From an uncultured Lachnospiraceae bacterium (GTDB lineage: Bacteria; Bacillota; Clostridia; Lachnospirales; Lachnospiraceae), in contig CANPZL010000001.1 in the NCBI GenBank assembly GCA_947589055.1, forward strand, positions 58,697 to 122,696: 64,000 nucleotides of DNA, in the 5' to 3' direction. Below the pieces are notes generated by a model. It saw only the letters and a list, made by a program, of their open reading frames with translations, was not told where the DNA came from and ran no database searches. Shown in pieces: positions 24,661 to 35,700 of this stretch. Both the position numbers and the translations under genes were made by a program. Positions within the stretch are counted from its first letter, which is position 1, and each line of letters opens with the position of its first letter.

Positions 24661-26178
24661 CTATTGTAAATTGGTATAACCCATCAGACTAATATCCACT
24701 TCCTTTGCTACTTCTCTTCCCTCTCGAATTGCCCATACCACTAACGACTGTCCTCGGTGCATATCGCCTGTTACGAATACCCGTTCCACACTGGTTGCAT
24801 ATCTGCCCGGCTGGGTCTTAACATTAGTCCTGCCATCCAGTTCAACCTGAAATGCCTTGGCTACATAGTCCTGGGTTCCAAGAAAGCCGGCAGCGATCAA
24901 AACCAAATCGCATTCAATCTCATATTCACTGTCCGGCACCTCCGTCATAGTCATACGTCCATTGGCTTCCTTTTTCCAATCCAGCATAACACACTTTGCT
25001 TTTTTCAGTACTCCGTCCTTATCCCGTATAAATTCCTTTACGGTTGTCTGATAAATCCGTGGATCCTTGCCAAAGACTGCGATTGCCTCTTCCTGCCCGT
25101 AATCGGTCTTTAATACTTTCGGCCATTCCGGCCACTGATTGTCATCCGCCCGTTCCAATGGCGGCTTCGGCATCATCTCCAGCTGGGTCACTGCTATGGC
25201 ACCTAATCGAATCGAAGTACCGACACAGTCATTTCCAGTATCGCCGCCGCCGATTACCAATACCTTTTTCCCTTTTACCGGTATGAATTTATTATCCTTA
25301 AAATTAGAATCCAACAGACTTTTCGTCGTCGCCTTCAAAAAGTCCACGGCAAAATAGATTCCTTCTCCTTCCCTGCCTGGCGCCTTAATGTCTCTGGGAT
25401 TTGAAGCCCCACAGGCCAAGATCACCCGATCATATTCATTCAGCAGATCCTTGACTTTGATTGCCTGCTTTTCCGTTCCGGCAACTGCCTTTGCATCTGC
25501 TCCTACATCAGCGTTTGTAACAAATTCGACCCCTTCTGCCTTCATTACATCTATTTTCCGCTTTATAATCCGTTTATCAATCTTCATGTTCGGAATTCCA
25601 TACATCAACAAACCGCCTACCCGGTCGTTCCGCTCAAATACCGTTACGGAATGTCCACGGCCATTTAACTGATCCGCAGCCGCCAGTCCGGACGGGCCGG
25701 ATCCAATAACCGCTATCTTCTTTCCGGTCCGGACCTTGGGCGGATTCGGGTCCGCCAGTCCATGCAGGTAAGCGTATTCAATAATACTTCTTTCATTTTC
25801 CTTGCTGCTGACCGGCATTCCGTTCAGATTACAGGTACAGGCCGCTTCACAAGGCGACGGACAAACACGGGATGTAAACTCCGGAAAACAATTCGTTTTA
25901 TGCAGTCTATGGTATGCCTGCTCCATATTCCCGTTATACAGCAAATCATTCCATTCCGGAATCAGGTTATTTAACGGACATCCGGACGCCATTCCTTTGA
26001 TCAGCATTCCGGATTGACAGAAAGGAACGCCGCAATCCATGCATCTTGCCGCCTGCGTTCGCTGTGCTTCCAGGGACAATGGTGTATGGAATTCATTAAA
26101 GTTCTTGATTCTCTGCTTTGGTGCCGTCTCATCACTTGTCACTCTTGCATAATCTAAAAATCCAGTTGGTTTACCCAT
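24661..26178 (-). CDS. gltD: Glutamate synthase (NADPH) small subunit
   Basis: 505 aa. It has an N-terminal Cys cluster (CMDCGVPFC.. CPLNN), the dinucleotide fold KIAVIGSGPSGLAAA, and sits adjacent to gltB. Confidence 0.9.
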   Translation of the reverse strand: MGKPTGFLDYARVTSDETAPKQRIKNFNEFHTPLSLEAQRTQAARCMDCGVPFCQSGMLIKGMASGCPLNNLIPEWNDLLYNGNMEQAYHRLHKTNCFPEFTSRVCPSPCEAACTCNLNGMPVSSKENERSIIEYAYLHGLADPNPPKVRTGKKIAVIGSGPSGLAAADQLNGRGHSVTVFERNDRVGGLLMYGIPNMKIDKRIIKRKIDVMKAEGVEFVTNADVGADAKAVAGTEKQAIKVKDLLNEYDRVILACGASNPRDIKAPGREGEGIYFAVDFLKATTKSLLDSNFKDNKFIPVKGKKVLVIGGGDTGNDCVGTSIRLGAIAVTQLEMMPKPPLERADDNQWPEWPKVLKTDYGQEEAIAVFGKDPRIYQTTVKEFIRDKDGVLKKAKCVMLDWKKEANGRMTMTEVPDSEYEIECDLVLIAAGFLGTQDYVAKAFQVELDGRTNVKTQPGRYATSVERVFVTGDMHRGQSLVVWAIREGREVAKEVDISLMGYTNLQ

Positions 26179-26190
26179 TCCATTTCCCTC

Positions 26191-29100
26191 CTATCGCTTC
26201 ATCGCATAAAACGCTTCAATCTGTGCCTGTTCGCTGCTCAAGCCCTTTTCTTCCATCTGCACGATCATATTCATCATACGCTTGTAATCATGCGGAACTA
26301 TCTTCTTAAACTTAGGAAGATACTCTCCAAAGTTCTCCAAGATCTCCTTGCCTATAGCAGAATTGGTATAAGCGACATGCTCCTTGATCAATTCATTTAA
26401 TTCCATCACATCGTATTTATTGCTGACGGCTTCAATAGCAACCAAAGTCTTATTCAACTTCATATACAGGTCACTTTCCATATCCAGCACATAGGCAACC
26501 CCGCCGCTCATTCCAGCTGCGAAATTCTTTCCGGTCTGACCAAGAACCACCACTCTGCCTCCAGTCATATACTCGCAGCCATGGTCGCCTACTCCTTCTA
26601 CTACTGCGATTGCTCCGGAATTCCGAACTGCAAACCGTTCGCCCGCCACACCGTTAATAAATGCCTTTCCACTGGTAGCACCGTACAATGCCACATTTCC
26701 GATGATAATATTTTCCTCATGCTTGTAGGTGACTGCTTTGGGAGGATATACGATCAGTTTGCCGCCGGATAATCCCTTTCCAAAATAATCATTGCTGTCT
26801 CCAGTCAGTTCAAGCGTCACTCCCTTTGGAACAAACGCCCCAAAGCTCTGGCCGCCGCTGCCATTGCAATGTATGGTATAGGTATCCTCTTCCAGACCAT
26901 CCGGATACAGCTTCGTTACATAGGAGCCAAAAATGGTTCCGACTGAACGGTCCGTATTTCCAACGTCAATTTCTATACTCTTCCTTTGTCCCTTTTCTAA
27001 TGCTCCTTTCAGTTTTTTAACCAGAATCCTTTCATCAATGGTTTTCTCTAATCCAAAATCAAAGATATGTTTACTGTTATAGGCTACTTTATTTTGCGGA
27101 TTTTCAAAGAAAGGATTGTCTAAGATTCTGGATAAATCCACATTTTTAGCCGCCGCTAAAGGTCCTGCCTTTAACAGATCCGTCCTGCCGACCAGTTCAT
27201 CGACTGTACGGATACCCAGCCTTGCCATATATTCCCGCAATTCCTGTGCAATAAACCGCATAAAATTCACCACATATTCCGGTTTCCCTCTAAACCGCTT
27301 CCGAAGCTCCGGATTCTGTGTGGCCACACCAACCGGACAGGTATCCAGATTGCAGACCCGCATCATCACACAGCCTAGTGTTACCAAAGGTGCTGTTGCA
27401 AAGCCAAATTCCTCGGCTCCTAACATGGCAGCAATGGCAACATCCCGACCGCTCATCAGCTTTCCGTCGGTTTCCAGTATTACTTTATTCCGAAGATCGT
27501 TCATGATCAAGGTTTGATGAGTTTCAGCCAATCCTAACTCCCAGGGAAGTCCGGCGTTATGAATCGAATTCCCCGGCGCCGCTCCAGTACCTCCGTCATA
27601 ACCGGACACTAAGATGACTTGGGCCCCAGCCTTTGCAACACCGGCTGCTACTGTTCCCACACCGGCCTCGGATACCAGCTTTACGGAAATCCGTGCGTCT
27701 TTATTTGAATTTTTACAATCATAGATCAGCTGTGCCAAATCTTCAATCGAATATATATCATGATGGGGCGGCGGTGAGATCAAACTGACACCCGGCGTCG
27801 ACATACGGGTCTTTGCAATCCATGGATAAACCTTTGCTCCCGGAAGATGTCCGCCCTCACCCGGCTTTGCCCCCTGTGCCATTTTGATCTGTATCTCCTT
27901 GGCACTTACTAAATATCTGGAAGTAACGCCAAACCGGCCGGACGCCACCTGTTTGATGGCAGAACAGCGGTTTTTCCCGTCCGCTCCAACTGTTAACCGG
28001 ACAATGTCTTCCCCACCCTCGCCGCTGTTAGACTTTCCGCCTAATTGATTCATTGCAATGGCAAGTGTTTCATGTGCTTCCTGAGAAATGGAACCGTAAG
28101 ACATGGCTCCGGTCTTAAATCGTTTTACAATGGATTCTACAGGTTCAACCTCCTCTATAGCAATACCCGTCTCCGGATATTGAAATTCCATCAGTCCACG
28201 CAGATTCTTCGGCTTCGTTTCATCATTGACTAATGCGGTATACTGCTTAAAAATCGCATAGTCACCGGTTCTGGTCGCTTCCTGTAACAAATGGATTGTC
28301 TGAGGATTGTATAAGTGTTCTTCCTTACCGCTGCGGAACTTATGAAGTCCGGCGCTTTCCAGACTGGTATTGATCGCCAGTCCCAGCGGATCAAAGGCAG
28401 AAGAATGCAGAGAATCCACCGTTTTTTCAATATCCTTGATTCCCACTCCACCAATCCTGCTGACCGTATTAGTAAAATATTTATCCACAACCTCACTGCT
28501 TAAACCGATGGCTTCAAAAATCTTAGACCCTTGATAGGACTGAATAGTAGAAATCCCCATCTTAGAAGCGATCTTAACAATACCGTGAATAATGGCAGAA
28601 TTATAATCTTCTACCGCTGCGTAATAATCCTTATCCAGCATATTATTATCAATCAATTCCCGAATACTTTCCTGTGCCAGATACGGATTGATGGCAGAGG
28701 CGCCAAAGCCTAACAGGGTAGCAAAATGATGGACCTCTCTCGGTTCCGCACTTTCCAGAATCACATCCATCGAGGTTCGCTTCTTGGTATTTACCAGATG
28801 CTGCTGCATAGCGGAAACCGCCAAAAGTGATGGAATGGGAACCCGATTTTCATCAACTCCCCGGTCTGATAAGATTAAAATATTCACACCGTCCCGGTAT
28901 AACCGATCCGCTTCGACAAACAGACGATCTACCGCCTTTTCCAACGAGGTATTCTTATAATAAGTAATCGGTATCACACCCACTTTAAGTCCCGGAACAT
29001 CCATGCTTTTAATTTTCATAATATCCGTATTGGTTAAAATCGGATTATGGATCCGAAGCACATGACAATTCTCCGGCTTTTCTTCCAGTACATTTCCCTC

Positions 29101-30741
29101 TTTCCCAAGATAGACGGAAGTAGAAGTCACAACCTCCTCCCGTATAGCATCAATGGGCGGATTGGTAACCTGTGCAAACAACTGCTTAAAATAATGAAAT
29201 AAGGGAAGCTGCTTTTCAGATAAAACTGCAAGCGGACTGTCGATACCCATTGCCTGGATTGCTTCCGTTCCGTTCTTAGCCATAGGCAGTATCTGATTTT
29301 TTAAATCTTCATACGTATAACCAAACGCCTTTTGCAGCCTTGCACGTTCTTCCTTGGAATATTCTTCCGGTTTCTTATTCGGTATATTTAAGGAATGCAA
29401 GGTGATCAAATTGCTGTCCAGCCATTCTCCATAGGGCTGCCGGTGTGCGTATTTTTCCTTCAATTCATCATCCGAAATCACCATGCCCTGCACCGTATCT
29501 ACTAAAAGCATCTTACCCGGACGCAGCCGGTCTTTTACCTGAATCCGCTCTGGAGGAATATCCAAAACTCCCACTTCAGAAGAGAGGATCATATATCCGT
29601 CTGTGGTGATGTAGTAACGAGATGGACGCAGACCGTTACGGTCCAAGACAGCCCCCATATAATCACCATCTGTAAACAGAATGGATGCCGGACCGTCCCA
29701 AGGTTCCATCATAGTGGCATAATACTGGTAAAAATCCTTTTTTGCCTGTGACATATAGCGGTTATTCTCCCACGGCTCCGGAATCGTCATCATGACAGCC
29801 AAAGGCAGATCCATTCCGCTCATAACCAAAAATTCCAAAGTATTATCCAGTCGTGCGGAGTCAGAGCCTTCCGGATCTACCACAGGAGTAATCTTATGCA
29901 TCTCTCCCTTAAAATACTGGGATTCCATCGTTTCCTCTCTTGCCAGCATACGGTCGGCATTTCCCCGTATCGTATTTATCTCCCCGTTATGTACGATAAA
30001 ACGATAGGGATGGGCACGCAGCCAGCTTGGCGTCGTATTGGTTGAAAACCGGGAATGTACCAGGGCAATCGCAGATTCATAATCCGGATCCTGCAAATCA
30101 TGGAAAAACAACCTAAGTTCTCCTACCAGAAACATTCCTTTATAAACGATCGTGCGGCTAGACAATGAAACTACATAGGTATTATCATTGGACTGTTCAA
30201 ACACCCGCCGGACAATATACAGTTTTCGATCAAAATCCAGTCCCTTGTTAACGGATTCCGGCCGCTTGATAAATGCCTGTAAAATGCAAGGCATAACATT
30301 CAAGGCCTTGCTGCCCAAAATGGCAGGATCTGTAGGAACCTCCCGCCAGCCTAAAAATTCCATACCTTCTTTTTCCACAATGATCTCAAACATCTTTTTT
30401 GCCTGATTCCGTTCCATCTCATCTTGTGGAAAGAAAAACATACCGATTCCATAGTCCCGTTCATCGCCAATCTGGATACCGAGAGACTTTACCGCTTTGA
30501 CAAAAAACTTATGGGAAATCTGCAACAGGATACCAACACCATCACCAGTCTTTCCCTCTGCATCCTTACCTGCCCGATGCTCCAGATTCTCTACGATCTT
30601 CAGTGCATTGTCTACGGTATCATGATTCTTAATACCTTTAATATTTACAACAGCACCAATTCCGCAGTTATCATGTTCAAAACGTGAGTCATACATACCA
30701 ATCTGGCATTGCTCTGCTTCTGTTTGATGTAGCTTTTGCAT
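26191..30741 (-). CDS. gltB: Glutamate synthase large subunit
   Basis: The track start at 30777 is a TTG. The ATG at 30741 has an AAAGGAAG RBS. The Ntn-amidotransferase Cys lies in HDNCGIG. FMN and GXGXG C-terminal domains are present. Confidence 0.92.
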   Translation of the reverse strand: MQKLHQTEAEQCQIGMYDSRFEHDNCGIGAVVNIKGIKNHDTVDNALKIVENLEHRAGKDAEGKTGDGVGILLQISHKFFVKAVKSLGIQIGDERDYGIGMFFFPQDEMERNQAKKMFEIIVEKEGMEFLGWREVPTDPAILGSKALNVMPCILQAFIKRPESVNKGLDFDRKLYIVRRVFEQSNDNTYVVSLSSRTIVYKGMFLVGELRLFFHDLQDPDYESAIALVHSRFSTNTTPSWLRAHPYRFIVHNGEINTIRGNADRMLAREETMESQYFKGEMHKITPVVDPEGSDSARLDNTLEFLVMSGMDLPLAVMMTIPEPWENNRYMSQAKKDFYQYYATMMEPWDGPASILFTDGDYMGAVLDRNGLRPSRYYITTDGYMILSSEVGVLDIPPERIQVKDRLRPGKMLLVDTVQGMVISDDELKEKYAHRQPYGEWLDSNLITLHSLNIPNKKPEEYSKEERARLQKAFGYTYEDLKNQILPMAKNGTEAIQAMGIDSPLAVLSEKQLPLFHYFKQLFAQVTNPPIDAIREEVVTSTSVYLGKEGNVLEEKPENCHVLRIHNPILTNTDIMKIKSMDVPGLKVGVIPITYYKNTSLEKAVDRLFVEADRLYRDGVNILILSDRGVDENRVPIPSLLAVSAMQQHLVNTKKRTSMDVILESAEPREVHHFATLLGFGASAINPYLAQESIRELIDNNMLDKDYYAAVEDYNSAIIHGIVKIASKMGISTIQSYQGSKIFEAIGLSSEVVDKYFTNTVSRIGGVGIKDIEKTVDSLHSSAFDPLGLAINTSLESAGLHKFRSGKEEHLYNPQTIHLLQEATRTGDYAIFKQYTALVNDETKPKNLRGLMEFQYPETGIAIEEVEPVESIVKRFKTGAMSYGSISQEAHETLAIAMNQLGGKSNSGEGGEDIVRLTVGADGKNRCSAIKQVASGRFGVTSRYLVSAKEIQIKMAQGAKPGEGGHLPGAKVYPWIAKTRMSTPGVSLISPPPHHDIYSIEDLAQLIYDCKNSNKDARISVKLVSEAGVGTVAAGVAKAGAQVILVSGYDGGTGAAPGNSIHNAGLPWELGLAETHQTLIMNDLRNKVILETDGKLMSGRDVAIAAMLGAEEFGFATAPLVTLGCVMMRVCNLDTCPVGVATQNPELRKRFRGKPEYVVNFMRFIAQELREYMARLGIRTVDELVGRTDLLKAGPLAAAKNVDLSRILDNPFFENPQNKVAYNSKHIFDFGLEKTIDERILVKKLKGALEKGQRKSIEIDVGNTDRSVGTIFGSYVTKLYPDGLEEDTYTIHCNGSGGQSFGAFVPKGVTLELTGDSNDYFGKGLSGGKLIVYPPKAVTYKHEENIIIGNVALYGATSGKAFINGVAGERFAVRNSGAIAVVEGVGDHGCEYMTGGRVVVLGQTGKNFAAGMSGGVAYVLDMESDLYMKLNKTLVAIEAVSNKYDVMELNELIKEHVAYTNSAIGKEILENFGEYLPKFKKIVPHDYKRMMNMIVQMEEKGLSSEQAQIEAFYAMKR

Positions 30742-30817
30742 ATTGTACTTCCTTTCTGTATTGATTATTGAATCCAAAAAGCTGATTCAGCTTTATGCTT
30801 CGGATTCGGGTAATTTT

Positions 30818-30850
30818 AAAAATAAATAGGGAACGCCCACCAGCGTTCCC
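30818..30850 (-). terminator. Rho-independent terminator after the DegV gene
   Basis: The minus strand reads GGGAACGC-tggtgg-GCGTTCCC followed by tatttattttt. The stems are at 30829-36 and 30843-50. Confidence 0.8.
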
Positions 30851-30997
30851 CATTGAACAAGGTCATTCTACATCAGATGACAGCATTTGTAAACCCTTAA
30901 ATGTTAGGAATTTTTAGTTAATTTTCAGATAATTTGACTTTTATAGGTTTTCATGAAAATAGTTAGATATTTTAACCAATAAAGAATTATTGTCTTC

Positions 30998-31879
30998 TTA
31001 ATATTCATCAATCCGCTTTGTCCATGTCAACGCCAACGCTCCGGGCCCGATATGACAGGCTACACTTAAAGAAAGCGGATCGATATGAATATCATAACCG
31101 GGAAATTCTGCTGCCAGCTCCTTCCGCCAGTTTTCCGCCTCTTCTTGATTTTTAGTATGTGCCATTGCCAGCCACGGTGCATTTTTATCCCCGGCCTCCG
31201 GCAGATACCCTAAGTTATCTGTGATGTCCTTTTTTACAGCATTTACCATCATTGATTTTGCTACTTTTACGTTTCTTGCTTTTGCAAAGGCATCCAGCTT
31301 TTCCCCATGGATCTGAAGTACCGGTTTTATCCGTAAGATCTCACCGATTGCTGCTGCCGCCGGTGTCACCCGGCCGCCCTTTTTTAAATATTTTAAAGTA
31401 TCTACCATAATATAAATGCTGGAATCCATTTTTGTTTTCATCAAAATATCCTTTATTTCTTCCGCAGACTTTCCCTCTTCTGCCAGTTTCTTTGCATCTA
31501 ATGCGGAACGTCTCTGGGTTACGGAAATCCGTTGATTATTTACGACTTGTACCCTGCCCTTGTATTCTTCTGCCAGCAGCATGGCGGTCTGACAGCTTCC
31601 GCTTAATCCGCTGGACATCGGAATATGTACAATTGAATCATATTCCTTTAATACCTGATCCCAAAGACCGGTAACCGATTCCGGTGACGGTTGTGATGTG
31701 GCAATCTCCGTATCGTTTTCCAGTCTTTCATAAAATTGCTCTTGCGTCAGGGAAATATCCTCAAAATACTCCTGCTCCTCCATCGTAAATGGCATGGGAA
31801 GCACAAAGATCCCAAGTGCTTTGGCCTCCATTTGTGTAATTCCGCTATTACTATCTGTTATGATCGCTACCTTATCCAT
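30998..31879 (-). CDS. DegV family fatty-acid-binding protein
   Basis: 293 aa. MDKVAIITDSNSGIT.. and ..TSQPSP.. are typical of DegV. Confidence 0.88.
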   Translation of the reverse strand: MDKVAIITDSNSGITQMEAKALGIFVLPMPFTMEEQEYFEDISLTQEQFYERLENDTEIATSQPSPESVTGLWDQVLKEYDSIVHIPMSSGLSGSCQTAMLLAEEYKGRVQVVNNQRISVTQRRSALDAKKLAEEGKSAEEIKDILMKTKMDSSIYIMVDTLKYLKKGGRVTPAAAAIGEILRIKPVLQIHGEKLDAFAKARNVKVAKSMMVNAVKKDITDNLGYLPEAGDKNAPWLAMAHTKNQEEAENWRKELAAEFPGYDIHIDPLSLSVACHIGPGALALTWTKRIDEY

Positions 31880-31958
31880 ATATTATCCTCTCGTTTTCCT
31901 TACATCTCTTTTTGTATCTTTTATCTTTCTACAGTGTATTACAGTTATCTGTAAAAAT

Positions 31959-32747
31959 CTATACTTCTTTTAACTCTCCTTTGATATACCGTTGCCGCAT
32001 TGCTTCATACATAAGCACCGTAGCCGCTGTCGCAGCATTTAGAGATTCCACCTGCCCCGCCATAGGGATCCGAATCCGATAATCCGCCTGCTCAGTCAAA
32101 GCATCTGAAAGTCCCTTTCCTTCATTCCCAATAAAGAAACAACAGTGTTCCCGATAATCCCTTTCGTACAAGGATCCTCCGCTTAAATGAGCGGCATAGC
32201 AGCATATGCCCTGCCGCTTTAACCATGCCACTCCCTCCGTCACATCTTCCTCATAACGGAAAGGCATACGAAAAACAGCTCCCATCGTTGCCCGTACCAC
32301 TTTCGGATTATAAATATCCACTGTATCCCTGCTTAACATGATCCCCGTCACGCCTGCCCCTTCTGCAGTTCGAATGATCGTTCCCAGATTTCCCGGATCC
32401 TGAAGATTTTCTAACAATAGAATACACGGATTTTTTCCTAAAAGTGCTTCTCTGGAATATTCTACCGCTTCTACTACCGCTAATATTCCCTGTGGCGTTA
32501 ATGTATCGGAACACTCCCGAAATACACGTTCGGAAACGAGTTCATACTCTCTTCCTTCCTGCCACGCAGCCGGAAGCTTTGAAAGCCACACCTCTGTGAC
32601 AAAGGCCTTTTTCAATCTGCCTGCCGGGATTTCTTGAAACATACGAATCCCTTCCACCAGAAAAACGCCTTGCTCCCGTCTGGCCTTCCCACTTGTTCGA
32701 AGTCGTATAAGGTTTTTAATCTGTTGATTCCCTGTACTTGTTATCAT
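31959..32747 (-). CDS. TrmH/SpoU-family RNA 2'-O-methyltransferase
   Basis: 262 aa. LLLENLQDPGNLGTIIRTAEGAG and ..IPMAGQVESLNAATAATVLMYE are present. Confidence 0.85.
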   Translation of the reverse strand: MITSTGNQQIKNLIRLRTSGKARREQGVFLVEGIRMFQEIPAGRLKKAFVTEVWLSKLPAAWQEGREYELVSERVFRECSDTLTPQGILAVVEAVEYSREALLGKNPCILLLENLQDPGNLGTIIRTAEGAGVTGIMLSRDTVDIYNPKVVRATMGAVFRMPFRYEEDVTEGVAWLKRQGICCYAAHLSGGSLYERDYREHCCFFIGNEGKGLSDALTEQADYRIRIPMAGQVESLNAATAATVLMYEAMRQRYIKGELKEV

Positions 32748-35700
32748 ACGCCTGCTTTTTTACTTTTATCCTTTACCATGATATTATCCCTTCCCAGCAA
32801 AGCAGTCAACTGCTCGATAGCGGTTCCTGTTCCCTGAATCCCAAACTGTACAGGCAGGGTTTTATACAGCTTTCCTTCCCGAATATAGACTTTCACAGAG
32901 GAACTGCCCGGATACTGATCAATAATAGCATATACCTGTCTCTCCAGCTTTTCATATGCTTCACGGGTTTCAAATTGAAGCCATACATCCTTTGGCAGTT
33001 CAGCAAAGGAAACCGCCTTGGAGAACAATAATTTTGCTTCCTCTTCTGAAACGGAGGCCTTTCCGGTGATCAAAAGCTTGGCATCCTGTTTCAATAATTG
33101 CCGGTTCTTTTCAAAATCCTTTGGAAATACTACTACCTCCACTGTGCCAAACATATCCTCCAGTGTCACAAAGGCCATATTTTGATTATTTCTGGTAAGC
33201 TTTAAGGTTACAGCAGAAACCATGCCGCCTATAGTATACGTTTGCTGATCCTTTACTCTGGCATCTCCGGTTTCTTCGTCTATAACAAAATCCTGTGCAG
33301 TTGCATCTGCATGGGTCTTTAGTAATTCAACATAATCCTCCAAAGGATGTCCGCTGATGTAAAGCCCCAATACCTGCTTCTCATAGCTTAACCGTTCTTC
33401 CTTGTCATATTCCTCTACCTCCGGCAGTTTTACCTGAAAAGCCTCCTTTTCTTTCTCTCCCAGAAAATCTAAAAGGCTCATCTGTCCGGAAATCGAATTC
33501 TTCTCGGCATTTGCAACCTTTGCCATAAGCTGCGGATAAATCAGGATCTTTTGTCTTCGGTTTCCTTCCAATCCGTCAAACGCTCCGGCCCAGATCAGAT
33601 TTTCTACCGTCCGTTTATTGATTTCCTTCCCCGGCAGTCGTTCCAGAAAATCCTGCAGACTTTTAAAGTTCCCATGTGTTTCCCGTTCCTTTACGATCTC
33701 ATCAATCACATTTTTTCCTATACTCTTAATGGCAGAGAGTCCGTAAATCATTTTTCCATCCTTAACCGAAAACTCCGCCTTTCCAGCGTTAATATCCGGA
33801 GGCAGTATCTCAATTCCCATCTGCCGGCAGACATAGATATATTCCGTCACCTTTCCTGCATTTTCAATAAAGGAGGTCATCAAAGCCGCCATGAATTCCA
33901 CCGGATAATAATACTTCAGATAAGCAGTCTGATAGGCTACTACAGCATAGCAGGCTGCATGAGACTTGTTAAATGCATATTTTGCAAAATCCGTCATTTC
34001 GTCAAAGATCTTATTGGCAACTGCCGCATCAATTCCTCGATTCACGCAGCCGGGAACGCCTTCTTCCGGATTGCCATAGACAAAATTCTTTCTCTCTCGT
34101 TCCATGACATCCGCTTTCTTTTTGGACATTGCCCTTCGCACCAGATCGCTTCGTCCAAGCGTGTATCCTGCCAGTTCCATTACAATCTGCATAACCTGCT
34201 CCTGATAAACGATACAGCCGTAGGTAGGAGCTAAGATTTTCTCCAGCTGGGGCGTTTCATAAACAATTCCCGTTTTCTTTCTTTTTCCTTCAATATAAGC
34301 CGGTATAAAATCCATAGGTCCCGGACGGTACAGGGAAATTCCTGCAATGATGTCTTCCAGATTTTCCGGCTTCAAATCCGTCATAAATGATTTCATGCCG
34401 GAGCTTTCAAGTTGAAATACACCTTCTGTCCGTCCGGAAGCAATTAACCCATACACATTTTTATCATCATAGTCAATATCATCAATACGAAAAGTCTGTC
34501 CCCTTTCATTTGTAATCATATCACAAGCATCCTGTATCACCGTCAGGGTCCGCAGTCCGAGAAAATCCATCTTCAACAGACCGAGCTGCTCAATCGTGGT
34601 CATCGTAAACTGAGTGGTGATAGCATCATCCCCACCCTTCGACAATGGAACGTATTCCTCGATCGGTTCCTGTCCGATCACGACACCGGCCGCATGCATA
34701 GAAGTATTTCGTGGAAGTCCTTCCAGTTTTCTCGCCATATCAATCAAATACCGGATCTGCTCCTCGTCTTCATACATTTTTTTCAGATCCGGACTGATCT
34801 GCAGCGCCATGTCCAATGTCATATTCAAATCCCGTGGCACCGCTTTTGCCACGGAATCCACCAAAGCATATGGCATATCCAGTACCCGCCCTACATCACG
34901 CAGTACCGCTCTTGCTTTCATAGTTCCAAAGGTAACGATCTGAACTACCTTTTCCTTTCCGTACTTTTCCACCACATAATCAATAACCTCCTGTCGGCGG
35001 ACATAGCAAAAATCAATATCAATATCCGGCATAGATACCCGTTCCGGGTTTAAAAACCGTTCAAAAAGCAGATTATACCGAATCGGATCGATATTGGTGA
35101 TCTCCAGGCAATAGGAAACCAGACTTCCAGCAGCGGATCCTCGTCCCGGCCCTACCGGAATTCCATGTTCTTTCGCATAATGGATAAAATCCCATACGAT
35201 AAGAAAATAATCCACATACCCCATATTTTGAATGGTAGCCAATTCATATTCCAGACGTTCTTTTAGTTCATCTGTTACTGACTGATACCGTCGCTTCAGG
35301 CCTTCCGCACATAAATACTCTAAATAACCAAAGGCATCGTAGGGTGCTGGCACCTCGTACTTTGGCACCTTCTGTTCTCCAAAGACAATCTCCACGTTAC
35401 AACGCTGTGCAATCCGGTATGTGTTTTCCAGCGCTTCCCTTGCATAAGGAAACAGTTCCTCCATTTCCTTTGGAGATTTTAAGTAATATTGTCCTCCCTC
35501 ATACCGCATACGGTCTTCATCTTTTAACTTCTTATTTGTCTGAATGCAAAGGAGAAAGTCATGAGCCTCCGCATCTTCCTTGTTTACATAATGTATATCA
35601 TTGGTAGCTACCAGAGGTATCGCAAGCTCTTGATGCATTTTTATCAATTCCGTATTGACTGTGGTCTGCTCCGGAAGTCCATGGTCTTGTAACTCCAGAT

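Noticed and set aside
30776-30794. A small hairpin (aaagctg-aat-cagcttt followed by TT) in the gltB leader could be a nitrogen-responsive attenuator.
   Set aside because: The stem is only 7 bp and AT-rich, and I could find no alternative antiterminator structure or clear promoter. The evidence is too weak to report as a feature.
33551-34234. A 227-aa plus-strand ORF.
   Set aside because: It lies entirely antisense within dnaE.
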